A stretch of DNA of 64,000 bases from a virus (lineage: Duplodnaviria; Caudoviricetes): IMG/VR virus record IMGVR_UViG_2660238657_000001, positions 96,001 through 160,000 of that record; one strand, 5' to 3'. Of this stretch, positions 28,751 through 39,207 are shown one piece after another. Numbering within the stretch: the first letter of the stretch is position 1; each line of letters starts with the position of its first letter. The translations under genes were made by a program, and so were the position numbers. The notes under the pieces were generated by a model. That model saw nothing but the letters and a program-made list of their open reading frames with translations, had not been told where the DNA came from and did not search any database.

Positions 28751-29701
28751 ATGAAAATTAATAAAAACAATACATCATTAGAAATGGAAGAAATGGTAGC
28801 AACTCAATTACATAGTTGGGAGTTAGTATTACGTAGAAAGAACTTGGTGCAATCTACAATAGATAGAAAGATTAAAAATATTACAGATTTTTATATACAT
28901 CTAATGCAATTAAGAAAAAATCATAATAAAATAACAAAAGATACCGTTAGCCAAATTGCATTTGAATATGTCAGAGATGGGTATTTTTCAGAAGATAATA
29001 TAGATAATACAGGATCTTATGGGTATAGGAGAAACATATTTTATAATATAAAAGAGGGATTTAATTACATATATGAAGGTGTGTTTAATAAAAAAGAAGT
29101 TATCAAAGAATTAAATGAAAAGCAAAAAGAACACTTAGATGAAATTAGCCAGAACAAATTTTTTAGAGTAACAGGTATTAAAGATGATAAAGAAACATTA
29201 CAAACTAAACTGATAGAAGAATTAGGAATTAAAGTTTATTTTGATAAAGATAATTTACCATATGTTTATAGTCATGAACTAGCTGAAAATTTAAACATTC
29301 AAAACAAGCACATTAGAGAAAAACTGCATAAATTACTAGACGAAAAGGACGGTCGAAACTTCGACACTCCTTTAAAATATAGCAATTTCAACGCATTGGA
29401 AGATGTATACATAAATTCTCAAAATAAAAAACAACCAACTTTTAGATTATATAAGGATATGTTATATTTATATCTTATGGATACAACAGGACAAGGAACA
29501 AAAAGATTAGATATATTAAAATTTAAAATGAAATATATAGATGCGTTTAATTATATAGAACATGAATACAATAGACTATTAAAAGAATATGCAAATTTAA
29601 AAGATTCATTTTTGACTATGTTTAATGATATAAGAAAAAGAAACAGAGATTTGTTAATTACAGAACATAATAAAAAAGCTATGAAAAGAAAAGCAAGTTA
29701 A
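28751..29701 (+). CDS. Rha-family phage regulatory protein
   Basis: SHELAENL..YINSQNKKQP..KYIDAFN Rha motif in C-terminal half. Confidence 0.75.
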   Translation: MKINKNNTSLEMEEMVATQLHSWELVLRRKNLVQSTIDRKIKNITDFYIHLMQLRKNHNKITKDTVSQIAFEYVRDGYFSEDNIDNTGSYGYRRNIFYNIKEGFNYIYEGVFNKKEVIKELNEKQKEHLDEISQNKFFRVTGIKDDKETLQTKLIEELGIKVYFDKDNLPYVYSHELAENLNIQNKHIREKLHKLLDEKDGRNFDTPLKYSNFNALEDVYINSQNKKQPTFRLYKDMLYLYLMDTTGQGTKRLDILKFKMKYIDAFNYIEHEYNRLLKEYANLKDSFLTMFNDIRKRNRDLLITEHNKKAMKRKAS

Positions 29702-29824
29702 AATAAACAATTATACATATATATTTTCAAACATAAGATAAACATATTAAAACACAAAAGATAAAATTTTAATAATGCAATAATAAAATTAAATTAAAAT
29801 ATAAAATTAAAAGGAGAGATAGTT

Positions 29825-30166
29825 ATGAAATATACAGGAAAATTAGATTTTAATATGAATGGGGAATATGCAATTTACACAGGAGATAAATATATACCAA
29901 TCAGTTCTATGCTGAATAGTATGTTAGGAGATGAAGTAAAAGTAAGAATCTTAAATAAGAATGATAAGGAATTATTCAAGGATCAAGGAATAATATTAAG
30001 AGAGAAGTTAATTACAAATGGTAGCAATCAATCTAATTTATACACATATAGAGTTAATGGACAAGATTTAGATAGTGTGTTATGGGACAATGTAGGTAAG
30101 AAGATAACTTTTATATTACATAACGGTAATAAAAATAAAGCTACAGAAGAGGAGGACATAAGATAA
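29825..30166 (+). CDS. Hypothetical protein
   Basis: ORF with AGGAG RBS. Confidence 0.7.
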   Translation: MKYTGKLDFNMNGEYAIYTGDKYIPISSMLNSMLGDEVKVRILNKNDKELFKDQGIILREKLITNGSNQSNLYTYRVNGQDLDSVLWDNVGKKITFILHNGNKNKATEEEDIR

Positions 30167-30507
30167 TGAATAATACATATAAAATTTTAAAAAATGAAAT
30201 ATTAAAGAATACTAAATACATAGAAATTAAGCATATGAGTTCATATGAGAGGTTTAATGTTGTAGAGGGTACATATAAGAGCAAAGAGTTTAAAGTGTCT
30301 TATAGCAAAGAATACGGACAATATACATATGATATAAAATTTGGTACAGATAATGAGATAGCTGAATTGATGTACGTACTATTAGTAATGGGAATATTGG
30401 ATTCAGAAGCAGTAGATGAGTGGGCTGAAATGACTATTTTAAAAAATGAGTTAAATTTAAGAAAATCAAAGAATTTTAAAACGGCTGTAAGTCGCATTCT
30501 ATCGTGA
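30166..30507 (+). CDS. Hypothetical protein
   Basis: TAATG coupling with upstream ORF. Confidence 0.7.
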   Translation: MNNTYKILKNEILKNTKYIEIKHMSSYERFNVVEGTYKSKEFKVSYSKEYGQYTYDIKFGTDNEIAELMYVLLVMGILDSEAVDEWAEMTILKNELNLRKSKNFKTAVSRILS

Positions 30508-30689
30508 GTAAAATGGTCATAAAATGAAATCTAATAGGTTTTCTTAATATCTTATCATTTGATGAATAGAAATTAATAGAAGATGAAATTTTGACGGTAG
30601 TATTGTTGGAGAGTTAAGACGAGAATAAAAATTAAATATATAAGAAATGAAATTAAATAATAGAATTAAAATAGGTAGGGAGGGATTAA

Positions 30690-31676
30690 ATGCCACAAAA
30701 AAGAATGTCTACAACGGATTTTAAAGTAAAGGTATTTAATAAACATAAAAACAAAGTTGAAATTATAAGTGATTATAAAGGAGGAATAAAACCGATAAAA
30801 TTTATATATCATTGCAGTGTACATGGTGATACATATAAAACAATCAATGCTAAAAATATCTTAGCTAAAAGCTTCCAACCATGTGATGAATGTAGAAAAG
30901 AATTGCAAAGTATTAAAGCGAAACAATCTTTATCTAAGGACGATAGTTATTTTTATGAGAGATTAAAGACGTATGTTGAATCTAAAGGAGGTAAATTAAT
31001 TAGTAAAAAATGGACTTATGCCAAAGATACCTACACCATACAATGTAATGAGGGGCATATATTTAAATCAACAGCAGATAGTTTAGTTAACAAGCCACAA
31101 TGGTGTCCTTATTGTAGTGGTAGAAGGGGCGATTTTGAAAATGAAATTAATAGTATAATCAAGCAGAAGAATGGAACATTATTAAGTCATTATAAGAGTG
31201 CAAATACCTATGTTAAGGTAAAATGTAATATACATAATTATGTATGGAATGTAATGCCTTTAAATATTAAAAAGGGAAAATGGTGTCCTATATGTAATTT
31301 ACCATATTCAGAAAAGGTTGTTTACGATTATTTAATTAAGAATAAATATAATATGGAAGTACAATATACTTTTGATAATTTAATAAGTAAAAAGAAAGAA
31401 AAATTAAAATTTGATTTTGCTATCTTAAATCAGGATAATAAGTTATTAGGGCTAATTGAAGTTGATGATGTGGAACATAGATATAATACCAAAGATCCTA
31501 AAAGGATAAAGGCTAGATTAAGAGATAAAAAGAAAGATGAATATTGTAAAAGCAACAATATACCCTTATTTAGAATGATATATAAAAATAATATAGAAAA
31601 GTTTAGAGAATACGATTGGTATTATATGTACATAGACAAACAGTTGAAAGATTACTTAATACAAATACATATGTAA
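30690..31676 (+). CDS. Free-standing homing-endonuclease-like protein (Zn ribbons + Vsr/DUF2726-like nuclease)
   Basis: CxxH / WCPxC repeats; FDF..IEVDDVEH..RDKKKDEYC. Confidence 0.75.
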   Translation: MPQKRMSTTDFKVKVFNKHKNKVEIISDYKGGIKPIKFIYHCSVHGDTYKTINAKNILAKSFQPCDECRKELQSIKAKQSLSKDDSYFYERLKTYVESKGGKLISKKWTYAKDTYTIQCNEGHIFKSTADSLVNKPQWCPYCSGRRGDFENEINSIIKQKNGTLLSHYKSANTYVKVKCNIHNYVWNVMPLNIKKGKWCPICNLPYSEKVVYDYLIKNKYNMEVQYTFDNLISKKKEKLKFDFAILNQDNKLLGLIEVDDVEHRYNTKDPKRIKARLRDKKKDEYCKSNNIPLFRMIYKNNIEKFREYDWYYMYIDKQLKDYLIQIHM

Positions 31677-31714
31677 TAGGATAAAAGTTTTACAACTATA
31701 GGGAGGGGATTATT

Positions 31715-34378
31715 ATTAGTTTAAATAAGCAAATACATATATATAGTGTAGATACAAGTGCTTTTTATAATGAAAGTGAAATGAAGATACATAATAGGCT
31801 TAATAAATATTACTTATTTAGAAAAATATTAAATGAAAAATTAAATAGAATAAATCAAAAGGTGGATAAGTGCAAAGATGAATCTAATAAAACTCAATAT
31901 ATTACTCTACATAAGATTACAGAACACACATTCAAAAGTATAAATAAAAAAATAAAGATAATAAAAGATACTTTATATGAAGAGTTTAAAGCAACAAAAC
32001 AGTTTAATTATAAAAATAGAGATATTAGAGAACTAAATCAAGAATATCTAAATATAAAAAATGTAATTTCTGTATTTGAATCTACCTTAACTAGAGTTAT
32101 GCAAGTACCAATAGACACTTTAACCGAAGATTTAATAATTGTACAAACTTATTTCTTTGAAATAATCGAAGATTTAATTTTAGATGGATTCATGCTTAAA
32201 GGAGAAAAATATACTTGTTTAACCGCTAGTGCAGGACAAATAAGGACTAAAAAAACAGTATTTATTAAAGAAAGCCAATTAAAAAGATATTACGATACTC
32301 TAAGTTGTGGACTAACCATAGAACGTATTAATGAATGTGGTGGAGTTAATATAAACAAATATTTAGCGTATTTAGCCTTAAACAATAGTGCTACAGATGA
32401 GTGGAAAGATTTTGATATAACTAAAACTATAGTAGTTGATGATTTTGAAACTGATGTTAAAGAAACTGTAGACTTAATAGATGATGAAACATATACAATA
32501 GAAAGAGTTATCAAAGATGTGCCAATTCCTCACATGGATGGTTGTGGAATAATGCTACCTAAATTAGGTAGAAATAGAATGTTTAGATCACCTTGGGTCA
32601 AGGGGTTATTAATATCATCACCATTTAATAAATTTATTAGAGAAAAAAGTAAAGAATTAGGTAAATATTGTGGTATAGTAAAAGATATATATGGGAAGGA
32701 ACATGACATATTAAAAGAAAAAATAGAAATTATATTTACCAAAAGTCAATTTAAAATGTGGAAATATTATAAAAGTTGGGAAGAATATATAGACAACTTC
32801 ATCAAATATAATTGTCAAGCAGGAACATGTAATGAGGAAGAAGACAAATTTCAGAAAGCCAAAATTAATTATCAAATGTTGCAAACATTGACGGATATAA
32901 CTGATACGGAACTACAAGAGATATCTAAAAAGACTATTAATAAAATTAAAAATATAAGTAATGATAAGAATACTATGCTAAAGGTTTTAGGTGTCACTTC
33001 TGCAAATAGAAATAAAAACTATTTACAGCAATCATTAGAAATATATCCAGAGTTGTTAAATGATACATATAATAAAGAAATATTAAAAAATGTTAAAAAG
33101 AGTTTAGTGAAAGAAGGCAGAGCAGGTAAGTTAGATATAGATGCCATATATACATTCTTAGCACCTGATACATATGCATTTTGTGAATGGCTATTTTTAC
33201 ATGAAGAAAATCCTAAAGGATTATTGCAAAATGGTGAAGTATGGTGTAGCTTTTATGATAATAAACCTGAATTAGACTGTTTAAGAAGTCCTCATTTATA
33301 TAGAGAACACGCAGTAAGAAAAAATGTAGCATATAAGAGTGAGGAAAATGAAGATCGAATAAAGGAAATGAAAAGATGGTTTAATACTAAAGCAATATAT
33401 ACTAGCACACATGATATTATAAGTAAAATATTAATGTTTGATGTAGATGGTGATAAATCATTAGTATGTGCTGAACCACTACTTGTTGAAGTAGCAAAAA
33501 GAAATATGAAGGGAATTGTTCCTTTGTATTACAATATGAGAAAAGCTGAACCTACAATAATTAATAGTCAAAGTATATACAATGGATTGAAAAGTGCTTA
33601 CACAGGAGGAAATATAGGTGAAATTAGTAATAATATAAGTAAAATATGGAATAGTGACAATGCTGATATTAATGTAATTAAATTATTATGTATGGAGAAC
33701 AATTTCACGATCGATTTTGCTAAGACATTATATAAACCTCAAAGACCAAAGAAAATGAAAAAAATAATAAATCAATATACTAAATTAAAAGTACCTCATT
33801 TTTTTATATATGCTAAAGACAAAGATAATAGTAAAGTTGAAACAATTAATAATAGTGTGGTTAATAGGCTAGAAAAAACTATCCCAAATCCTAGAATTAG
33901 TTTTAAAAATACACAATTAGGTAAATTTGATTATAATATGTTAATGCATAATAAAAAAGTGAAAATGGATAAGAAAATAATTGATAAATATACCGAATTA
34001 GATTTGAAGAAACCTTTCTTAATCGGTAAGAACAAGGACGGAAAAGTTGATAATGTAGTATTCTTATATCAAGATATTAAAAATCAATTATTAGAAGTTT
34101 ATAATGATGAAGTATATATAACAGATGTTTTAATTAAATACTTATATGGAGATAAAAAAGCCAAATTCAAAACTACATTATGGGAGTGCTTTGGTAATAT
34201 AATAGTAGAAAATTTAAAATTAAATATTAAGAATAAATTAAAAGGCACAATTCAATGTGAAAAATGTGGTAAGAGAATTAAAGTATCGAATAATAGAATT
34301 AAGTATTGTGCAAAATGTGCTAAGGAAATAAATATAAAAAAGACAGCTAATAATAGAAAGAAACGTAAAAGTGTTTGA
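31715..34378 (+). CDS. YonO-like single-subunit DNA-dependent RNA polymerase
   Basis: DGCG, RSPH, FDVDGD catalytic motif, C-terminal Zn finger; N-terminal extension LNKQIHIYSVDTSAFY implies an ATT start (31712/31715) rather than ATG 31781. Confidence 0.9.
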   Translation: MSLNKQIHIYSVDTSAFYNESEMKIHNRLNKYYLFRKILNEKLNRINQKVDKCKDESNKTQYITLHKITEHTFKSINKKIKIIKDTLYEEFKATKQFNYKNRDIRELNQEYLNIKNVISVFESTLTRVMQVPIDTLTEDLIIVQTYFFEIIEDLILDGFMLKGEKYTCLTASAGQIRTKKTVFIKESQLKRYYDTLSCGLTIERINECGGVNINKYLAYLALNNSATDEWKDFDITKTIVVDDFETDVKETVDLIDDETYTIERVIKDVPIPHMDGCGIMLPKLGRNRMFRSPWVKGLLISSPFNKFIREKSKELGKYCGIVKDIYGKEHDILKEKIEIIFTKSQFKMWKYYKSWEEYIDNFIKYNCQAGTCNEEEDKFQKAKINYQMLQTLTDITDTELQEISKKTINKIKNISNDKNTMLKVLGVTSANRNKNYLQQSLEIYPELLNDTYNKEILKNVKKSLVKEGRAGKLDIDAIYTFLAPDTYAFCEWLFLHEENPKGLLQNGEVWCSFYDNKPELDCLRSPHLYREHAVRKNVAYKSEENEDRIKEMKRWFNTKAIYTSTHDIISKILMFDVDGDKSLVCAEPLLVEVAKRNMKGIVPLYYNMRKAEPTIINSQSIYNGLKSAYTGGNIGEISNNISKIWNSDNADINVIKLLCMENNFTIDFAKTLYKPQRPKKMKKIINQYTKLKVPHFFIYAKDKDNSKVETINNSVVNRLEKTIPNPRISFKNTQLGKFDYNMLMHNKKVKMDKKIIDKYTELDLKKPFLIGKNKDGKVDNVVFLYQDIKNQLLEVYNDEVYITDVLIKYLYGDKKAKFKTTLWECFGNIIVENLKLNIKNKLKGTIQCEKCGKRIKVSNNRIKYCAKCAKEINIKKTANNRKKRKSV

Positions 34379-34659
34379 TTTAAACAAGCCTTGTAACCCT
34401 TGATATATCTACGTTTGAAGGGTGTCTACGAAAAATTATGATTGTATGAAAATACAATGAAACCATTGGCGTATAAGGGTTTGAAGCACTTTTATAACCT
34501 AAAAACGTAATCTCCTCTAAGGGGGACAGGTAGTATCTATATTTACAAAAACCCAGAGGTTGTATAAATCTTCCCCATTTTAATAAAATTAAATTAAAAA
34601 TTAAAAATAAAAAATACAAATAGTCCAAGAGACTTAAAACATGAAAGGAGAAATATTTT

Positions 34660-34947
34660 ATGAACAAAACTGAATTAGTAAACTCAATGGCTGAAAAGGC
34701 AGTATTAACAAAAAAGGACGCTGAACTAGCACTAAAAGCATTTATTGAAAGTGTTAAAGAGGCTTTAAAAGAAGGTAAAAAGATACAACTAATAGGATTT
34801 GGAACTTTTGAAACTAGAGAACAAAAAGGCAGAACAGGAACTATTAATTTTGGATCAAAGAAAGGTGAAACTTATACTTCAAAAGATAAGATAGTTCCAG
34901 TATTTAAAGCAGGTAGACAACTTAAAGAAATAGTAGATAATAAATAG
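34660..34947 (+). CDS. hup: HU-family DNA-binding protein
   Basis: MNKTELV..IQLIGFGTFE..VPVFKAG. Confidence 0.95.
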   Translation: MNKTELVNSMAEKAVLTKKDAELALKAFIESVKEALKEGKKIQLIGFGTFETREQKGRTGTINFGSKKGETYTSKDKIVPVFKAGRQLKEIVDNK

Positions 34948-35026
34948 TACATATGGGGAAGTTTATTCTTCCCTATCATTAAAATGAATAATTATACATT
35001 GTTTAATATGGAAAGGATGAAGTTTT

Positions 35027-35248
35027 ATGGCAGAAAAGAAATTAGTTAAGTTTAAAAGAACAGAGAATACAATTGGTCAGGTTGAAGCTGATTTTAAAAT
35101 TGAAGATGGAAAAATCTATTTTCAAACTGAAGAAGATACAGAATTTAGATTGCTAACTGATTTAGATGAAATTAAATATTTCAATGGAAAATATGGAGTT
35201 TTATCATTCAAAGAAAAGGCAGAATCAGAAGAAATTCCAGAAGAATAA
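35027..35248 (+). CDS. Small acidic protein (SPbeta YonK-like position)
   Basis: ORF with AAGGA RBS; synteny. Confidence 0.65.
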   Translation: MAEKKLVKFKRTENTIGQVEADFKIEDGKIYFQTEEDTEFRLLTDLDEIKYFNGKYGVLSFKEKAESEEIPEE

Positions 35249-35383
35249 ATTGTGCCTATGGGGGTAGGTAGCATTATTTTTATCTATTCTGGAAAAGTGC
35301 CAGTTTCTTAAAACTTTTTTGTTTTATCTAATAGCATTAAGGAAATAAATTAAAATTCCTATGATTAATTTCATAGGAATCAT

Positions 35384-35474
35384 GGATTGTTAGTTTAAGT
35401 TGGTAAAATACTGATTTTATATACACCTCCCCTTAAATAAATCAGAGATATGAGTTCGAATCTCATGCAATCCT
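35384..35474 (+). ncRNA. tRNA-like RNA with 25-nt expanded anticodon loop
   Basis: Acceptor GGATTGT/GCAATCC, D-arm with TGG, stem CTGAT/ATCAG, T-arm ATGAG-TTCGAAT-CTCAT. Confidence 0.75.
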
Positions 35475-35517
35475 CCCTCCCTTAAAGGCTTAACGCCGAT
35501 TGAATTCACAATAATAT

Positions 35518-35592
35518 GTAGGTATGGTGTAACGGCTAACATGATAGTCTCCAAAACTATTGATGTAGGTTCGATTCCTACTACCTATGCCA
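35518..35592 (+). tRNA. trnW: tRNA-Trp (CCA)
   Basis: Full cloverleaf, ATAGT-CTCCAAA-ACTAT anticodon arm, GTAGG-TTCGATT-CCTAC T-arm, encoded 3' CCA. Confidence 0.92.
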
Positions 35593-35631
35593 AAATAATA
35601 AAATTAAAATAAGAAAGGTGTTGTTGTATTA

Positions 35632-36270
35632 ATGGTACAAGAAATAACAATAGCAAGAGCATTAACAGAATTAAAAACTTTAGATAAGAAAATTAATAAA
35701 AAAATAAGCGAAAGTAAATTTGCAATAGTATGTAAGCAATCATCAAAAAAAGTTGACGGTATTCAGACTAGAGAGGAATTTAATCAAAGTGCTAAATCTT
35801 CTTATGATAGTATAGTTGATTTAATTGCTAGAAGGAATGAAATAAAAACTAAAATAGTAGCTAGTAATGCAATAACAAAAGTAGCAATAGCAAATAAAGA
35901 ATATACTGTTGCTGAAGCAATAGAAAGAAAAAATAGTATAGAACTAGATAAGATGTTATTGGTATCTATGAGAAATGACTATAATAGAGCGTTGGCTTTA
36001 TATGAATCAAGTAATAATAAAGTAGAACAGCAATTAAATGAACATTTAGAAACTATGTTTGGTACTGAAACTAAGCAAAAGGATAATGATGTAACAATAT
36101 TTACAGAAAATTTCAGGAAACAACATGGATATGAAATAATTGATCCACTCAAACTAAAAGAGAAAGTAGATAAATTGACAGATGAAATAGATAGTTTTGA
36201 AACAGAAGTAGATGCTTGTCTAAGTGAATCAAATGCTATAACTAAGATAACAATTTCAGATGATAAATAA
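35632..36270 (+). CDS. Coiled-coil protein (DUF6847/DIP1984-like pattern)
   Basis: Internal repeat ITIARAL / YTVAEAI, long heptads, C-terminal IDPL..LSESNAIT. Confidence 0.75.
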   Translation: MVQEITIARALTELKTLDKKINKKISESKFAIVCKQSSKKVDGIQTREEFNQSAKSSYDSIVDLIARRNEIKTKIVASNAITKVAIANKEYTVAEAIERKNSIELDKMLLVSMRNDYNRALALYESSNNKVEQQLNEHLETMFGTETKQKDNDVTIFTENFRKQHGYEIIDPLKLKEKVDKLTDEIDSFETEVDACLSESNAITKITISDDK

Positions 36271-36290
36271 GTAATATAAGCTTTACATAG

Positions 36291-36639
36291 TAATATATTG
36301 TGAGTTATATGAAAACTAAGAATCTATATTCGCCTGTGGTTGGCGTTACAACCACAACTAAAAATTTCAAGAATGGGATATTGAAAAATAGAAGAATAAA
36401 CGTAGGAATACGTTATACAACAATGATATACAATAGTGATATATCATTAATATCTGTAAAAGTTCAAAGTTGTAAAGTTTAAATTTCAATGTTCAAAATT
36501 CAAAGTTCTTATGAATTCAAAGTTGTAGAGTTTAAAAATTAAGGTTATAAAGTTTTTTAAAATCTATGATATAGGTTTAGGAGATAATATAGTTATCCGT
36601 TAGAAGTCCACATAGCTATATAATTCACAAATTATATTA
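36291..36639 (+). ncRNA. ~350-nt structured RNA with internal AAAGTTY heptamer array
   Basis: Closing stem TAATATA-TTGTGAGTTATAT / ATATAATTCACAA-TATATTA; internal hairpins; repeats at 36459-36555. Confidence 0.65.
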
Positions 36640-37253
36640 AATTAATGACCGTTAACTTAATGTTAGAAATGCTACCATATTGGTCGGTAAGCTTGGGATG
36701 TAGATGCCCGTAATTGGAGTGGAAGAACACGTGGGTTACTAGTTCGAATCCATTATATAATAACAACTATATTACTCACGAGTGGGGTAATAGTAAAAAT
36801 TCTCTGTGGTGGAGAATCAAAATATGAGCCAAATGTTTAATGGTGGGTGATTCGCTCCCCACTACAACTTTGGTGAGTGAATAATAACCTCACTAATGTT
36901 GTAATATTTTTATGTTTGGGATTGACATGAATTAAAAAAATTAATTACAAAAATTAATCTCTGTTATGAAACAAACACTTACTTTTGATAGGGTTGAGTG
37001 TTTTCATGTCCAGAAACATAATATTTAGAGTTTATCTTATAGAAATAAGGTAGACTCTTTTTATTTAAATTTTAAAAATTAAATTAAAAATATTCCATAA
37101 ATTAAGGTAGCAATATATACATACACATACTATACTCCATGTATAGAATTAGTCCTCCATATATAGGAGTGAAATGTGCGTGTGTGTATATTGGTGCTTT
37201 AATTAGCATACATTGGAGGTTTAACAGTACCCAAAAACTGTGGAGGACAATTT

Positions 37254-38072
37254 ATGAATAATAATTTACAGGTATTTACAAATGAACAATTTGGACAAGT
37301 TAGAATGACAGAAATAAACGGAAAACCTTATGCAGTTGCTAATGACGTTTTAAAATCGCTTGGTTATTCAGAAGGAAGTTGGAGAACTACATTGTCAAGA
37401 AAATGTAAAGGCGTTACAAAATGTAACGGGTTAAAAGTTAATGGAATTGAGGTCAATCTAATTCCTGAAGGTGATATCTATAGATTGATTACTGGATCAC
37501 ATTTACCACAAGCTGAAAAGTTTGAAACATGGGTCTTTGATGAAGTATTACCTGATATTCGTAAAACAGGTGGTTATGTAGCTAATGCAGATTTAATGGT
37601 TAATACATATTTTGGAACGCTAGATGATACACATAAAACTATTGTTAAAGGTTTATTTGAAAATATAGAAAATCAACAAAAACAAATAATACAATTAAAA
37701 GATGATAATGAAACATTAGATAAAGAAAATGATTTGTTAAGTGGTGAAAACTTAAAATGGGCTGATAGAAATTTGATAAATGCTTTAGTTAGAGCTTATG
37801 GAAGTAAATTAGGTAACTTTGGTGAAGCATGGACTAAGTTCAAGAAAGAAATATTATACAAACATAGTATAAATATAAATGCTAGAATTACAAATTTCAT
37901 GAACTCAACAGGTAAAAAGACTAAGCCAAGAACTTTAAAAATGTTGCATGACGAAGAACTATCTAATGCAGTAAGTACAATAGTAGCATTGTGCAGAGAT
38001 AATGATGTAGATATCTCAGACATTATTAAAAAATATGAAAATGAATTAAATAGAAAGGAATTAGCTGGTTAA
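37254..38072 (+). CDS. Bro-N domain antirepressor-like protein
   Basis: FTNEQFGQVR..IPEGDIYRLI..FETWVFDEVLPDIRKTGGY. Confidence 0.9.
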   Translation: MNNNLQVFTNEQFGQVRMTEINGKPYAVANDVLKSLGYSEGSWRTTLSRKCKGVTKCNGLKVNGIEVNLIPEGDIYRLITGSHLPQAEKFETWVFDEVLPDIRKTGGYVANADLMVNTYFGTLDDTHKTIVKGLFENIENQQKQIIQLKDDNETLDKENDLLSGENLKWADRNLINALVRAYGSKLGNFGEAWTKFKKEILYKHSININARITNFMNSTGKKTKPRTLKMLHDEELSNAVSTIVALCRDNDVDISDIIKKYENELNRKELAG

Positions 38073-39100
38073 TGTTAGATAATAAAATTAAAAAACAAGA
38101 TAATGAAACTATCAGACAGTATGAAGCTAGATTATATAGAAACAAAGTTGCATATGGATTAAATAATAAGAAAATATGGAAATTAATGAATGAAATAGAA
38201 GGTAAGAATCTAGGTGAATCTACTAGGAGATGTCGTAGTTTTGATTATAACTTAGGTAGACAAGATACTTTAATAGAAATAAATAAGAAATATGATAAAA
38301 ATGTAATGATAATAAACGATCTTCATGTACCATATGAGAGAAAAGATGCGTTGGAAATAATACAAAAACATTCGCATGAAATTGACACTTTGGTTATTGC
38401 AGGAGATTTAATGGATTGTGAAGCTATATCAAGTTTTCCTAAAGTACAAAGAATGTCATTAGTACAAGAGTTGGTTTATGCATATAACTTCTTAAAGAAA
38501 GTAAGAAAAATATTGAATAATGGACAAAAGATAGTCTTATTCAATGGGAATCATGAAGAAAGATTATACAAGGAAATTTGTAATATGCAAAAGAAGGACT
38601 TACAAAAATTCTTGAATCCTAATATATTATCAATGTTAGTTGATGGATTCACGATTTATGAAGATGATAAAAAAGTAACTTATGAAGGAATTGCAGATAT
38701 AACATATATTCCTCATTGGTATGTTAATTTAGATGAAAAATTAATAGTATGTCATCCAAAGGGGTTCTCACAAATTGATGGTAGGTTATGTGAATCAGTA
38801 GTTGCACATTTCTTAAACAAACAAGAGAAATTCGATGTTGCAGTATTTGGACATACTCATAAACAAAGTCAAATGATAGTATCAAGAAGACAAGGTGTAT
38901 TTTCAGTAGAAAATGGATGTATGTGTAATCCAATGAAATATGCTGATTGTGGTAAATTAAATTATACTAATCAAGATTATTGCTATACTATCATAAGATA
39001 TAATAATGATGAAAAAATTAATTATAATAATATTAAAACATATTATTTAGATGAATTAAAAGAGAATGATAGGAAAGAAGATTATACATTAATATTGTAA
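38072..39100 (+). CDS. Metallophosphoesterase
   Basis: DLH, GDLMD, GNHE, H, GHTH motifs. Confidence 0.9.
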   Translation: MLDNKIKKQDNETIRQYEARLYRNKVAYGLNNKKIWKLMNEIEGKNLGESTRRCRSFDYNLGRQDTLIEINKKYDKNVMIINDLHVPYERKDALEIIQKHSHEIDTLVIAGDLMDCEAISSFPKVQRMSLVQELVYAYNFLKKVRKILNNGQKIVLFNGNHEERLYKEICNMQKKDLQKFLNPNILSMLVDGFTIYEDDKKVTYEGIADITYIPHWYVNLDEKLIVCHPKGFSQIDGRLCESVVAHFLNKQEKFDVAVFGHTHKQSQMIVSRRQGVFSVENGCMCNPMKYADCGKLNYTNQDYCYTIIRYNNDEKINYNNIKTYYLDELKENDRKEDYTLIL

Positions 39101-39114
39101 AAAGGATGATTAAA

Positions 39115-39207
39115 TTGGAAAGAATACTTTTTTCTATAGCTGGAGTGATAATAGCTATACCTTTTATAATATGGCTAGAAAAATTATTATTAAAAAGGTG
39201 GTTATAA
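39115..39207 (+). CDS. 30-aa membrane peptide
   Basis: TTG start, AAGGA RBS, MERILFSIAGVIIAIPFIIWLEKLLLKRWL. Confidence 0.5.
   Translation: MERILFSIAGVIIAIPFIIWLEKLLLKRWL

Noticed and set aside
35384-35474. Functional tRNA with a spliceable intron
   Set aside because: The 18 extra nt are far too short for a group I intron and show no bulge-helix-bulge; anticodon cannot be assigned
36300-36482. 60-aa ORF in the track
   Set aside because: No RBS; lies inside the predicted structured RNA and runs into the heptamer repeats
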